Source: Marsupella aquatica (taxonomy: Eukaryota > Plantae > Marchantiophyta). From it: a stretch of DNA of 64,000 nt. Where the stretch lies: NCBI GenBank assembly GCA_973895155.1, contig OZ316897.1, positions 20,610,160-20,674,159 of the forward strand, written 5' to 3'. Below are positions 1 through 11,626 of this stretch, in pieces (position 1 is the first letter of the stretch; each line of letters starts with the position of its first letter). Made by a program: the position numbers and the translations under genes. The notes under the pieces were generated by a model, which was given only the letters and a program-made list of their open reading frames with translations, made no database searches and had not been told where the DNA came from.

Positions 1-2419
1 TACCGAGTTTTGGATATTAAATGTTGATTTATGTCCTTAGTGCAATACTACAGAAGTACTTTGTTCTACCCAATAAGGTGAAGTCCAAACAGGAGTTATC
101 AACCCCAATTCTCCACTCTAATACTCCTCCTTATTGAGAATTGAAGGAGCAGCATCCAATGATATTTCTTGGCCTCGATTTGGCCCACTTTTCCAGATGT
201 AACATCGTGCGTTGCATTCCAATGACCTCCATCCAGTTGATCCAACTCTATTTCCTTTCTTTTTTGAGAGCAAAAGGACAATAGGACTCCTCGAGTGTGA
301 ACGAACGAACACCAATTTGTCATCAGAAGCTGAAAAGAGTGTGTCAGGACAAGTTGAAGCACCTGCCTGGTTGTCAGCAGCCGTTGATGCATTTCCTCCT
401 AGATTGATTGGAATGTCAGGCAATCCGCCAGTCTCCCCCTCGGTCTCCCCCCAAGTCAATTCTTTAGTTTCAGCTTCATTTGAATCTCCAAGCCTCGTTG
501 CGCCTTCATTGATCAGATTGGTTGAAGAAAGATGATCAAATGTATCAACCCTTGCTCCTTCCAGTTGCTCCATCTGTCCTCCCGACGTTGATGGATTGGG
601 ATCATCCTTGTCCAAGTTATCATCAACTTGAACTTCATTGGGCCCCGGAGGGATGTCATCTAAACCAGATGAACGGTTTGGTGCAAGTCCAATATCATCA
701 TCTACATCGTAAGGCTCACCTTGACCAACATGATCATCCAAATTCTTGACATATGCCTCCTCTGATGCCTCTACGCCTTCAGCCACTTTGTCAGCAACAT
801 CTTCAGACTCAGAACCATCGGATTCAACAGCGACAGCTACAGCCACAATAGTGGTAGCCCATTGTCGAGAATTTTCAGCAAGTGATTCACAATGAGCTTT
901 AAGTGAGGGAACTCTCTCGCAAAGGTAGGAAGCAAAAGCTTCCACAAAATGCCTCTCGGAGTGAGAGTCACAATAAACAAAGCATTCCCTATCGCAAAAA
1001 AATGATGTCTTCATGGCTTGGCCACTGGAGAAAAAATCTAGAACCAAATCTCCCGGTTCTGACAAGGATTCAATAATCCTTCGGATCATCCGCGTGGGTT
1101 TGGCATGAGGATTAACCCACCCTTCGCGACTGCCAACTGTCTCAAATCGAGGGGCCATATTCATAATCTTGACGGCCTCTTCCGGGTCCAAAACCACTTT
1201 TAGGTCATCGTTTTGTGTCCCCTCATCTGATTCCTTCGCCTTCCCCTTTCCCTTGTCGATCTTGCATACTTCGTAATCAACATCCTTTGCAGTATACATG
1301 AATTTTGGCTTTGGATAGTTGGGCTTGAAAACTTCATTCCAATTGATGTCTTCATCTCGAGAAATCCCCGCAAAGATAACTTCTTCAATCCCCCCACCCC
1401 AACATGAGTCATGAGGGTGCGGTTGATCATCTCGAGAATAACTCCCATACTCAATGTGAATGGTCAAAGCTTTCTCTTGTCCCAGTTTACGAAGGGCACC
1501 ATGGACATTCAATGCAAGTTGTCCAGGATGAACTGTTATCGTCACAACAATTGTGGGATTTTGTGGAAGCTCCACAATGTATTCAAAGAGAACAAGAATC
1601 TCTGCTTTAGTCCATTGTTTTTGCGGAAGCCGGCTAAAATCAACAATGGCAAGAGGGCAGGTCGGAGGAGCTTCTTGCAATGACTCTGGATCAATGGTCT
1701 TCATGAGATTGTCGCTAAAAAATGTAGCCCATGGTAGGGTCCGAGAACATGATCCTCCGCCAAATTTCTGGCAGTATATATCATCTAGGCGGAATACCAA
1801 TGCCGTCGGCAAGATTTCGCTCTCCCGCGTATGATTTGGTTTTAAAAGGTTAGAAAGATAGACCTCGCCAGTGGCTCTTCGACACCTGCTGAACTCTGAA
1901 TCAATTGCTAGTGTAGGAAGAACCTCCACTACTTTCCCCCAATTAGTATTTGCCGGGAAATTCACCGCATCCTTGGTGCAATAGTAGTCTTCAATAAGGG
2001 ACTTCAGTTTCCACACGATCTTCACATCTTTGGCCAACTCCTCTATAGATGGCATGTCTGATTTATTAGAGGCATCTTTCTTTAGCAATACCTTTCCTGA
2101 CTTCACCCGCGTCAGTATTCTTGTGATGTCTCGTTGTGAGATCAACTCACCATCAAAACAATGAAACATGGCAACAGTAATTGCTTTTTCAGACTTCTCA
2201 TTTCCTTCTACCCCAGCTCCATCGGGAAGTTTCCCATCCAACCACAACTGGCATACCAAACTCCATAACTCAAAAAGAGCATCGTCCGCAAACAGTAACC
2301 AGTAAACATTTCGACAATCTTTCCTTCCCATGGTCATTCTTGCAAGAGCCAACCAATCCTACAATTGAAAAGGAAAGTCTGTTAGTTCTCCATAACTCAA
2401 TTGTTTGATAGCACTCAGG

Positions 2420-2735
2420 TGCGGACTGAGACCATCCCAGTCCAACACAGAACTAGACAGTATCAGTGGAAATAGTCTATTGAATGTGCATGATTTAGTT
2501 TGGACTGGGACCATCCCAGTCCAGAACAAAACTAGACAGTATCAGTGGAAAAATAATCTATTGAATGTGTATGAATCCATTTGGACTAGGACCATCCCAG
2601 TCCAACACCAAACTAGACGATATCAGTGGACAAAGATTCTACTGAATGTGCATGAATCCATTTGGACTGGGACCATCCCAGTCCAACGCAAAACTAGGCA
2701 ATATCAGTGGAAATATTCTACTGAATGTGCATGAA
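2420..2735. repeat. Intronic tandem repeat, ~80-bp unit, about 4 copies, each with the palindrome TTGGACTGGGA-CCA-TCCCAGTCCAA
   Basis: Directly visible; perfect copy at 2662-2686; lies in the 2774-2359 intron. Confidence 0.9.
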
Positions 2736-4481
2736 TCTACGGTATTGTACCCATCAAGCAGTAACACTTCGTACCTGAAATTTTTGATTGTCTTGAGCAT
2801 TTGTTTTGTTGTCCCCATGTTTTGGCCGGCTAGGTTTTCCACATTCCACAAATTGTGGCCTAGCATGAACGATTGTATCTTTGAAGCATGACTGAAACAC
2901 CATCGTGCTATTGATCACATTAGATCGCATTGAATGCTCAACTAATATTGACGATGGTGTTCGATGAGATAATATTCTTGACTTTCAAAATTCTAGCTTT
3001 TTCGCCAATGCTGTCAGCTTGGCATCCTTGTTTGCCCATTCTCAAATCCATCTGGTTGCTCTAGCCGAATGTTGACCGCTAATGGCAAGGAATTGAACCT
3101 CGCCCTTTTTCACGGCTGCTACAAAGTCCCTCCTATCTGATTCTGTGTTGTCATACTGCATTAGGTTTCTATGTTTTGTAGTGTAAGGAATCAAGTCTGC
3201 TATGTGTGGTTCATGCCCCGGATTTCTTATCATGGAATTGGCCACCTCCTTTACATGTTCTGCATTCAACATTCTGTAACAGAGTCTTGCCGACGCAGGG
3301 AAAATACTGTCTACAGGAATAGAAAATATCGAATTGATCCCAAACGTATAATATTGCTCCATTTGTTGCAATACCTCATTACCTTCTAAGACCTTCTTCT
3401 CCTTAGGAGCGTCCAATTGCTCGTCCACATCTTGTGAATGCACTGTCAGGTTTTCTGTAGTGTCATCCATGATGGCACTGTCAATTTTCTGTTTCTTCTT
3501 CTGTCTTGGTCTCTTTTCACTTGCACTCGGCTTCTCAACTAGACGTTTCTTCTCAACTGGCTTCTCAACTCGGCTTCTCATACTCGGCTTCTCAACTGGC
3601 TTCTCAACTCGGCTTCTCAACCGGAGGTTTCCTTTGGCTTTGTTTTCGTTTTCCCATTGCTCTTTGAGAGGTTGCTGCTGTAGTTCCCGTGGTCTCTGTT
3701 GTAGGTTCTGGAGCTTTCTCTGGCGCTTTCTCAGGCACAGGGTTTGTATTCACCACTGGAAGCTTTCTCGTCTTGGAGAAAGATTCTATCCATTGCTTTG
3801 CTTTGACTAAATCAAACTTGGGAGCAAATGCAACATCCTTATCAATTAAAACACCAGGCTCCTCCGACTCCGACGATAATAATCCAGCTTTCTCAAGTAA
3901 ATTGCTTAACGTCCAGGTCGTTGCAAAAGAAAAATTGCCTTGGTGCTTCATCATGTTGAGTTTCAAATATTGAAACCCATACATAATGTCGACTGGAAGC
4001 ATACCAGTTACCCCGACGACCAACTTCTTTGTGTCATAGGTCTTTGGAAAAAATCCCATTGACAAAATGCTCAATTCCCCACTTGTGTGCCATTCGACAT
4101 TGAATTAAGAGGAGTATGCCTTTGACAGAAGGTTAACTTTAACCCAACAGGACTTATCGTGCATCTCGAGAATGACCGTATTCATCCCTCTCCCTCCAAT
4201 GCCAACAGAGACCACAGGTCCGCAAACAAAAGTCAGGCTATCATTTCCTCTGCACTTTAAGGTCAAAACAGGTTCAATCGTGGTTGATGGCACTTCATTA
4301 TTAAGCGGGGTTCTTGAGAACTCAAGCCCCCATCGAAAGCGTGGGGATCTCTCATCTAGTAAGAATCCGTCCAGGTAGTGGGTCGGTGCAATCGCGGGTT
4401 TGAAAACAACAAGATCGCTCCCTGCATCATAAATGTCATCCATGTTAGACTTAAAACCTTTCAAACATTCGCATAACTCTT

Positions 4482-4795
4482 GTTGGATTAGGATGGTCCT
4501 AGTCCAACTTGAGATGGTTTTAGACTTGCTCCTACAATCGGGATTCAATCTCCTAGATGGATTTGGATCATCCGAGTCCAACTTTGGATTGGGATAGTCC
4601 GAGTCCAACTTTGGATTGGGATCATCCGAGTCCAACTTTGGATTTGGATGGTCCGAGTCCAAGTTTGGATTGGGATGGTCCGAGTCCAACTTTGGATTGG
4701 TATCATCCGAGTCCAACTTTGGATTTGGATGGTCCGAGTCCAAGTTTGGATTGGGATGGTCCGAGTCCAACTTTGGACTCGGATGGTCCCAGTCC
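4482..4795. repeat. 30-bp minisatellite (TTGGA(C/T)TGGGATGGTCCGAGTCCAA + 5 nt), about 8 contiguous copies plus one outlier
   Basis: Directly visible; explains the repetitive LDSDHPNPK-type spurious ORFs. Confidence 0.92.
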
Positions 4796-5061
4796 TCTAA
4801 GACTTAGGGAGGATAGGTGATGGATACTTACTAGGGATTCGTGATTGAAATTGTCTAGAGTCTTCGAGTGCCAGTTCCACACTGTCGCTCATAGAGGAGA
4901 GGTCAAACTCCTTCGTTTCTTCCACATAGGACATCACAAGGACGCGATTCGCTTCCATCTTTCTAACACGTGGCAGAAAGACACATGGCGTCTTAGCAAG
5001 CGTCCAATCTAGGGCAATAAAAAAGAATGGAGGTGGAAGGTGGAAGGCGAAGGCGGGGAGG

Positions 5062-5292
5062 CAGAAAGAGAGCGGAGAGAGAGCGGAGAGCGGAGAGAGA
5101 GCGGAGAGAGAGCGGAGAGCGGAGAGAGAGCGAAGAGCAGAGAGCAAGGAGAGCGGAGAGAGAGTGGAGAGCGGAGAGAGAGCAGAGAGCGGAGAGAGAG
5201 CGGAGAGCAGAGAGCAAGGAGAGCGAGAGGAGAGCGAGAGAGTGAGGAGGAGAGCGAGAGGAGAGCGAGAGAGCGAGGAGTGAGAGAATGAG
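5062..5292. repeat. GA-rich compound microsatellite (GAGAGCGGAGA-like) between the divergent transposon genes
   Basis: Low-complexity purine tract just upstream of the minus-strand ATG at 4958. Confidence 0.9.
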
Positions 5293-6134
5293 AATGAGGT
5301 CCTGGCTGGACCTCTCCATCCCTTTACCCCCTCCTGCCTCACCCCGGTCTGTGTACGGCCAGTTGCCTCCTTCTACTGCGTACGGCCTGCTCTGGCGTAC
5401 GGCCTGCTCCTACATCCGGCCCGTTGCCCTGACCTTGCATACGGCCTCCTTCCTTGATGTCTTGCCTACCTAACAGCCTTCCATGGTAGTCCCCGCGCAA
5501 TTAGGCTCGTGAAGATAAGGTGTGTCCGCAAGCTAAGGTGAACACGTACTCAACCCTTATCTTCACGCGATTTCCGGTTGAGCCGACTCGAGCGAAGGGT
5601 ATAATTTGGGAGACGCCCACTTTGGAGCTCATTCTTGTTCTAGTTTCCCAAATCTAAGCTCCATGTAATCCGGAGTGGAGTTTCTCTTAAAGTGTTATGT
5701 ATTGAGCCACTTACCTTCATTGGGTTAGCTTAGCCAGCTTCTTGACTTTTGGAGTCCTCTTAGTTTATCTTTTACAGACATGTGTGGTTTAGGGTTCAGT
5801 TTGTTTTTTACTCCCAAGATTTAGTGGCATATAGCTTGTATTTCAAGGTTCTGGGAAGTTTTTACCACTATTCAAACAACAATGTATACCCCTTGGATGT
5901 GATATTCATCTTCTACCAGATCTTAATACTAAGGTGAGTATAAGGTTAATGCATTCAAATTTAAGGTTCCATTATTTCATGAAACTGTATGTAGACATTA
6001 GGGTTTGCCTTAAGACCACGCAAACTTTAGGCTGCACCATATCTAGGGAGATCCGTAAAATACGGGGTCTTCCTAAATTTGGATTTTTCTTAGCTTAAGA
6101 TGTTTGAAGTTTATCTCCTATTACATCATGGGTT

Positions 6135-6830
6135 GGTCTAGGATGGTCCTAGTCCAACTTTGCATTGGGATCATCTGAGTCCAACTTTGGATTGGGATCA
6201 TACGAGTCCAAGTTTGAACTTGGATGGTCCAAGTCCTAGTTTGGATTGGGATGGTCTGAGTCCAACTTTGGATTACGATGGTCCGAGTCCAACTTTGGAT
6301 TGGGATCATCCGAGTCCAAGTTTGGATTGGGATGGTCCGAGTCCTAGTTTGGACTTGGATGGTCTAAGTCCTAGTTTGGATTGGGATGGTCCGAGTCCAA
6401 TTTTGGATTGGGATGGTCCGAGTCCAAGTTTAGACTTGGACGGTCCAAGTCCAAGTTTGGATTGGGATGGTCCGAGTCCAGGTTTGGACTCGGATGGTCC
6501 AAGTCCTAGTTTGGATTGGGATGGTCCGAGTCCTAGTTTGGATTGGGATGGTTCTAGTCCAACCTTGGACTGGGATGGTCCCAGTCCAAATCCAGAATCG
6601 AAGGATCGTAGTCCAAATCCAGACTTGAAGGATTGCAGTCCAAATCCGGACTTGGATGGTCCCGGTCCAAATCCGGACTCAGATGGTCCCTGGCCAAATC
6701 CAAAATCAAAGGATCGTAGTCCAAATCTAGACTCGGAGGATTGCAGTCCTAATCCAAACTTGGATGGTCCCTGTCCACATCCGGACTTGGATGGTCCTAG
6801 TCCAAATCCAAAATTGGAGGATAGTAGTCT
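6135..6830. repeat. 30-bp minisatellite of the same palindromic unit, roughly 23 copies, degenerating toward 6830
   Basis: Perfect copy TTGGACTGGGA-TGG-TCCCAGTCCAA at 6565-6589; ends just before a splice-acceptor-like TTTTTTTTCAG at ~6874. Confidence 0.93.
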
Positions 6831-6875
6831 GAATCAAAATTTGCATGAGTTTGGTTTTAATCCATTTTTTTCAGT

Positions 6876-9800
6876 GTGCAGGAAAATAGGAAAAGGATGC
6901 CTCAAAGGTTTTCTAGGGGCGATGATGTTACCTTGACAATCGATGGTTACGACGTTGGAAATGGGACAGTTCAAAAGACAGATCCGCGAGAGAGTGTTCA
7001 AAATATTGTGCTGGGAGAGAATCGAATTGGGGTTCTCATTGAGAAGGCCTTTGGTGAGACTAGGAAGCTCCCTTTTCCAATGCCTAGGGCAAAAAATCTT
7101 CATGATGCCATTGACTCATGTGTCATTTGGGATATGTCATGTGCATATCGATCTACGGATCATAAGATTACTCAAAAATGCATCAGTATTGGTAGTTGTT
7201 CGACTCGAAAAGATAACAACATCCATAATTTTGCAAATGTAGAGGAGGATGCTTCGACCACCCTAAGGCCAGGCGATGAGGTTGAAATGTTTATCTCTGG
7301 CCATTGTGTGGCCTTTGGAGTTGTTTTCAAGACCGATCCAATGGAGAGATGTCATAACATATTACTCGGTGAGTCTCGGGTTAGTGTAAAAGTCATAGAT
7401 GTGATTCATGGTAGTAAGACTTTACCTTACGCACATGGTGGAGCTGCAACAATTGAAGAGGCAAAGGGCTCCTGGGTTCTATGGGATGTGGTTGACGTCC
7501 ACAATAAAGTATGGAATGTTGATATTGATGGGAGCAACAAATCTTCCTCTAAGAAGTAGAAGGACAAGGTAAATTTTGTTTCACAGTCTTGTTCGGCAAA
7601 CACCACGGACACTAAGTGTGACTATTTTCATCGGGCAAACTGGATGTCAGAGTTGGTTGAACTCTACACTGGTTTGGATCGAACCAAAATGGTTGCCACT
7701 GGAACAATCACTGTCCCTCAAGTGACAGCAGCAGTTGATGATGAAATTCTTGGTGATGACCATGTTGGGATTGCTGTGAAAGATGTTGTGGCAGCACAAT
7801 ACTTTCCCAACATCCACAAGGGAATAGTGAGTTTGATTCGATGGCGGATTGATTCAACAAAACTAGTTGCAAATGGAAAATTTTTGTCAGACATTTTGGT
7901 GGAAGGTTTTGAGAGGATGGACTCATGGATAGGGATGAACTCAATGCGGATGTAAGTGATAGAGGAGTATTGTGTTCAAGGCCGTACAATTTCAACAAGA
8001 GGAATCAAGTAGATCCGAATGAAAAGAAGAGGAGGTTGTTGGAAACCAAGGCAATTTCAAAAACAACAGAGGCGTCAATTGATGACGTGAAAAGAGAAAA
8101 TTGTTGCAAGCAAAAATGTTGTCTCATTATGCCAAGGGAAAACATCGAGATTAGGATGGAATTTCATGGGATGTCAAGCGAGTAAAAAACGTCACACATT
8201 TTCAACCTCTTTCACTATAGAGAGGATGATGTTCGTGATAAGGGACACCATGTTCTTAAGGGTATGGTCGTATGCAGACATGCATTTGCAATTATCCACG
8301 GTTTTAGCCACACCAAATATTATGATTACAAAAGGAGATATGTGGAGGGTTGCAAAATTGGGTTCCATGGCAATACGGGCTTGATGAAAGCAAGGGCAAA
8401 TACCTTGCATGCACGAGTTCTGTTGGAGGCTTTTTTGACTCGAAATGCAGAGCCCATGCCTCATATGCCTTATGGAGGGGCACATGGGACAGACTCTACT
8501 GAGTACCGTCTTCCGACATGTTACAAGAAGCTAGAGATTCTGGAAGATGTGAGAACAAAGATGAAGGAAGAAGGGCTTCCTCCTGTCACAGAGAATACTC
8601 TCTACAAGATCTGGAGCAACTCATTTGCAAACTTCAGTTTTCATAAAGATGGTGCATTTGCCAAGTGTACTCTTTGTTGTGAATACAAAGACAGTTTGAT
8701 GCGAGAAAGAAGGAAAAAAGAACGTGTTGAAATTGAAGAAAATCGAGCGCAACATCTTCGTGAGCAAATGTCACGTAGATATGTTTACTACGCTCATCGA
8801 GTGATGGCCAAACAACACCCAGGAGAATATCTTTGCATTATTCACAACAAGATGGATCAAGCAAAGACATGGATTCCAAAAATGGTTAGTACTCCTAAAT
8901 CTCTTTCGGGTCATGGAATGCCGCTACCTATTGCTCTCACAGGGATATTGACCCACGGGACGGATCTAGGAGTTTATGCACACTTTAGTGTCACTGGCCT
9001 TTGGCTAGGAGATGCCGATTTCACGGTGACATCCTTGGCTAAGTGTCTTCGAGACCTTGAAGAGTACAATGGAGACAAGATAGGTGACATGTTGGATGGC
9101 CTTCATTGGGAACCTCACAGACCTTTCTTTCAAGCCCTACTTGACTTTGAAGCATTTTTGACGGGTTATTTGGAACCAAAGAATATACCGGTGAATAGGT
9201 ATATTGGTTTTGAAGATGGAGCTGAGAGTCGGACTGAGACCGTCCCCACCAACAAGATGAGGACAAAGGAGCAGACATGCAAGGAGAGCAAGGCAGTCCA
9301 TCGTTCAAGCCCTTGCCAAGGCACCTAACATTGCAGATGGATAATTTAGCAAAGGACAACAAAAACCAGACTGTCATGGCATTTTGTAGCGAGCTTGTGA
9401 GTAGAGGAGTATTTGAAACTGTTCAAATGTCTTTTCTAATGGTTGGTCATACGCACGAAGATGTTGATGCACTCTTTTTGAAGGTATCATATCAAGTTCA
9501 ACACAAAGAAGTTGCAACCCTCCTTGCTCTTATGGCAGAGGTATGGGAATGCGAGAGCATTCATCCAGTTCCCAGATTGATACAAGAAGTTGCATCTTAC
9601 AAAGAATATCTTCAAACTTTCAAGGTGAAAGATATTCAAGGTCACTCAAAACCCGTATCATTTCTTTTCTCTATGAGAGATAATGTACCAATATTTCAGT
9701 ATAAGTCCCATGTAAAGCAAACTTGGGCTCCAGTTGGTGAAAGGTGCATTTGGGCAACAGATCTGACAACAAATTCTCTTCTTTTACCTAGTGGAGAGCC

Positions 9801-10653
9801 CTTAGCTAAATCCATTGGAGAGATACACAAAAAATCTGAAGAGATTATCCCATTTCTTAACAAGTACCTTGATTTTTTGAGAAGGAGTTGCACTGATGAG
9901 ACATCTATAGCATATAAGGAAAGATTTCCTCTTGTGAAATATTGGGAGAGAATTGTGGAGTTGTTGACAAATGGGCTCACACTAGAAGGGGAGGGAAGTA
10001 CTCAATTTCCCTTGAAAAACAGATTTTGGCCTAAGACTAACCACGGCACTGGTTACAAGGTCAACCAACCGGAACAAAATGGTCCTCCAAGTGAAGATGA
10101 GGAGAATGCAGAGATAACGGCTCTTCCAAATGAGGTCTTGGAAGAGATGGAAGATCAAGCAACACCATTTATTAGATCTCAAGCTGAGAGAGAACAAGGA
10201 CGATGGATTCCTTTACAGGATATTTGTGAAGGAAACTTTGTATTTCTTCGACCCGAGGATGATTGGGAGAATAAAAATGGTGGAGGTCATTTCTGGTTGG
10301 TGAGAGCTTTGGGTTTGGTGGACCCAAAGCATGAAGTCCCAACTACATCTTCAACAAACCCTTCTCTGCCTCGACAGAACGCTCCAATGTTCCCAGTTGA
10401 ATGGTGGAGGCCTAAACACTCTAAACTTGATGTGACTGAGAGTGCACGGTATCTAAAGTGTTTCATGTCCACTAAGACATGGGAACGAGATCCGGGGTTT
10501 GGTGAGAATACTCAACATTGGCAGTATGCAAATTCTGCAATGTATGGTTTTAAATCTAGAATGAAAGAAGAAAACATGACGGGCAGAGGTTTGAAGATCC
10601 CTCGAAATGTTCTACAAACTGTCCAAAATTATCTTCAAAGGATGGACAAGTAG
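6876..10653 (+). pseudogene. Sola1/DUF7869-like DDE transposase with three N-terminal Tnp1/En-Spm-like domains, Cys motifs and a C-terminal Tudor/BAH-like domain; disrupted
   Basis: Five ORFs join into one frame across stops at 7557-7559 and 8183-8185 and frameshifts at ~7920 and ~9280. Motifs: CCKQKCC, VCRHAFAIIHGFS, FAKCTLC, IIHNKMDQAKT, LTLQMDNLAKDNKN, FLMVGHTHEDVD. Confidence 0.8.
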
Positions 10654-10914
10654 ACTTAGTTATTAGAAGCTATAATAATTAAATAGATAGTTACTAGTTT
10701 TTATGTAACTAAGATAGTCACTCATTCAAACATAGTAATTTATGTACTAGTTATTTACTATTCTAATAGTTTTAATTTGATACTATGTCCTCATTTTCTA
10801 AACTTTTGATCATTATGAATTATGAATATGAATGTTTGCTTTTTTCTACATAATTAAAAATATTTTTCTATTCATTCCTTTCTTTTAAATGATTATAAGA
10901 AGAGTTGGTAGGCA

Positions 10915-11240
10915 AATGTACACTTTTTAGGCCAAATGTACACTTTGTTGCACTAAAAATTACACTTTCTAGACCAAATACACTTAAATGTACACTTTTT
11001 AAGCCAAATGTATGCATTTTTCACTCAAATGTACATTTTCTAGGCCAAATGTACTCAAATGTACACTTTTAAAGCCAAATGTACCTATTTTGATGTTCAA
11101 ATTTACACTTTTCATTGCCCAAATGTACACTCTTTTGGCCAATTGTACACTTTTCTATCTTCAAATGTACACTTTTCCAAGCCCAAAAGTACACTTTTCA
11201 TTGCTCAAATGTACATAAATCAAATAATAATACACTTTTA
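10915..11240. repeat. Array of AAATGTACACTTT-like motifs (more than 10 copies), subterminal-repeat-like
   Basis: Directly visible, near-palindromic around TGTACA, downstream of the transposase 3' end. Confidence 0.8.
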
Positions 11241-11626
11241 ATGAATAGGCTGATCCAGACTAAGGCCTTTGGAGCCTGCTTGCCCCAACATTGTCAATGT
11301 GGTATATTAAAAGCATGGTGGAAGTGCCTAGTATTGCTTGGGCCATGCCCACATAATAGGGTGCTACATGGTCACTTTCAAAGCATATGTGCAAAAACAT
11401 CATTGTGCAAATAAAAAAATAGCAATTATAGTTGTTCTTAATTTCCACTCAAATCCAGTATGGATGATGAGACCCAACTTAAGATAGAATTTGAGCTTGA
11501 ACTATGCTGACTTCCATATGAAGCATTTCTCAACTACCAGCACATTAAGTGCATCTTTGCCAACAACTGTTTAGGTCATAGGATGTCAAGCTGATACTCC
11601 ATTGAAGACTTGCAACATTTTCTTAT

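Larger units (their letters stand above)
118..4958 (-). pseudogene. Spliced gene for a ParB/Srx-like domain plus a degenerate beta-class N4/N6 DNA methyltransferase-like domain and an acidic tail; disrupted
   Basis: Model: exon 4958-4832 (ATG MEANRV; donor GTAAGT), exon ~4478-2775 (donor CAG|GTACGA), exon 2358-118 (acceptor TTGTAG, phase 0 compatible). The frame reads through in-frame stops at 4105-4107, 3042-3044 and 2985-2987 and a frameshift near 3610. Motifs: RMLNAEHVKEVANSM...FLAISGQHSARA (ParB-like GxH); PHAKPTRMIRRIIESLSEPGDLVLDFFSSG (like HPTxKPxxLxxRxIxxxSxxGDxVLDPFxGSG of N6_N4_Mtase). Confidence 0.7.
1..11240. mobile_element. Large decayed DNA transposon (Sola1/DUF7869-like DDE transposase plus a divergent ParB-MTase-like cargo gene); termini not resolved, left end probably outside the window
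   Basis: Transposase motifs at 6873-10653, divergent second gene at 118-4958, the same palindromic repeat inside both genes, and a short-motif array at 10915-11240 resembling subterminal repeats. No TIR or TSD identified. Confidence 0.7.

Noticed and set aside
4993-5342. LSALSP / RRAERE repeat ORFs
   Set aside because: Translations of a GA microsatellite.
6135-6830. CRISPR-like array of palindromic repeats
   Set aside because: Spacers are only ~5 nt and nearly constant, there are no cas genes, and the context is eukaryotic; it is a minisatellite.
6160-6936. 258-aa ORF of LDWDGPSPS repeats (and similar ORFs at 4557-4820, 4616-4807)
   Set aside because: By-product of a stop-free 30-bp repeat lying in probable introns.
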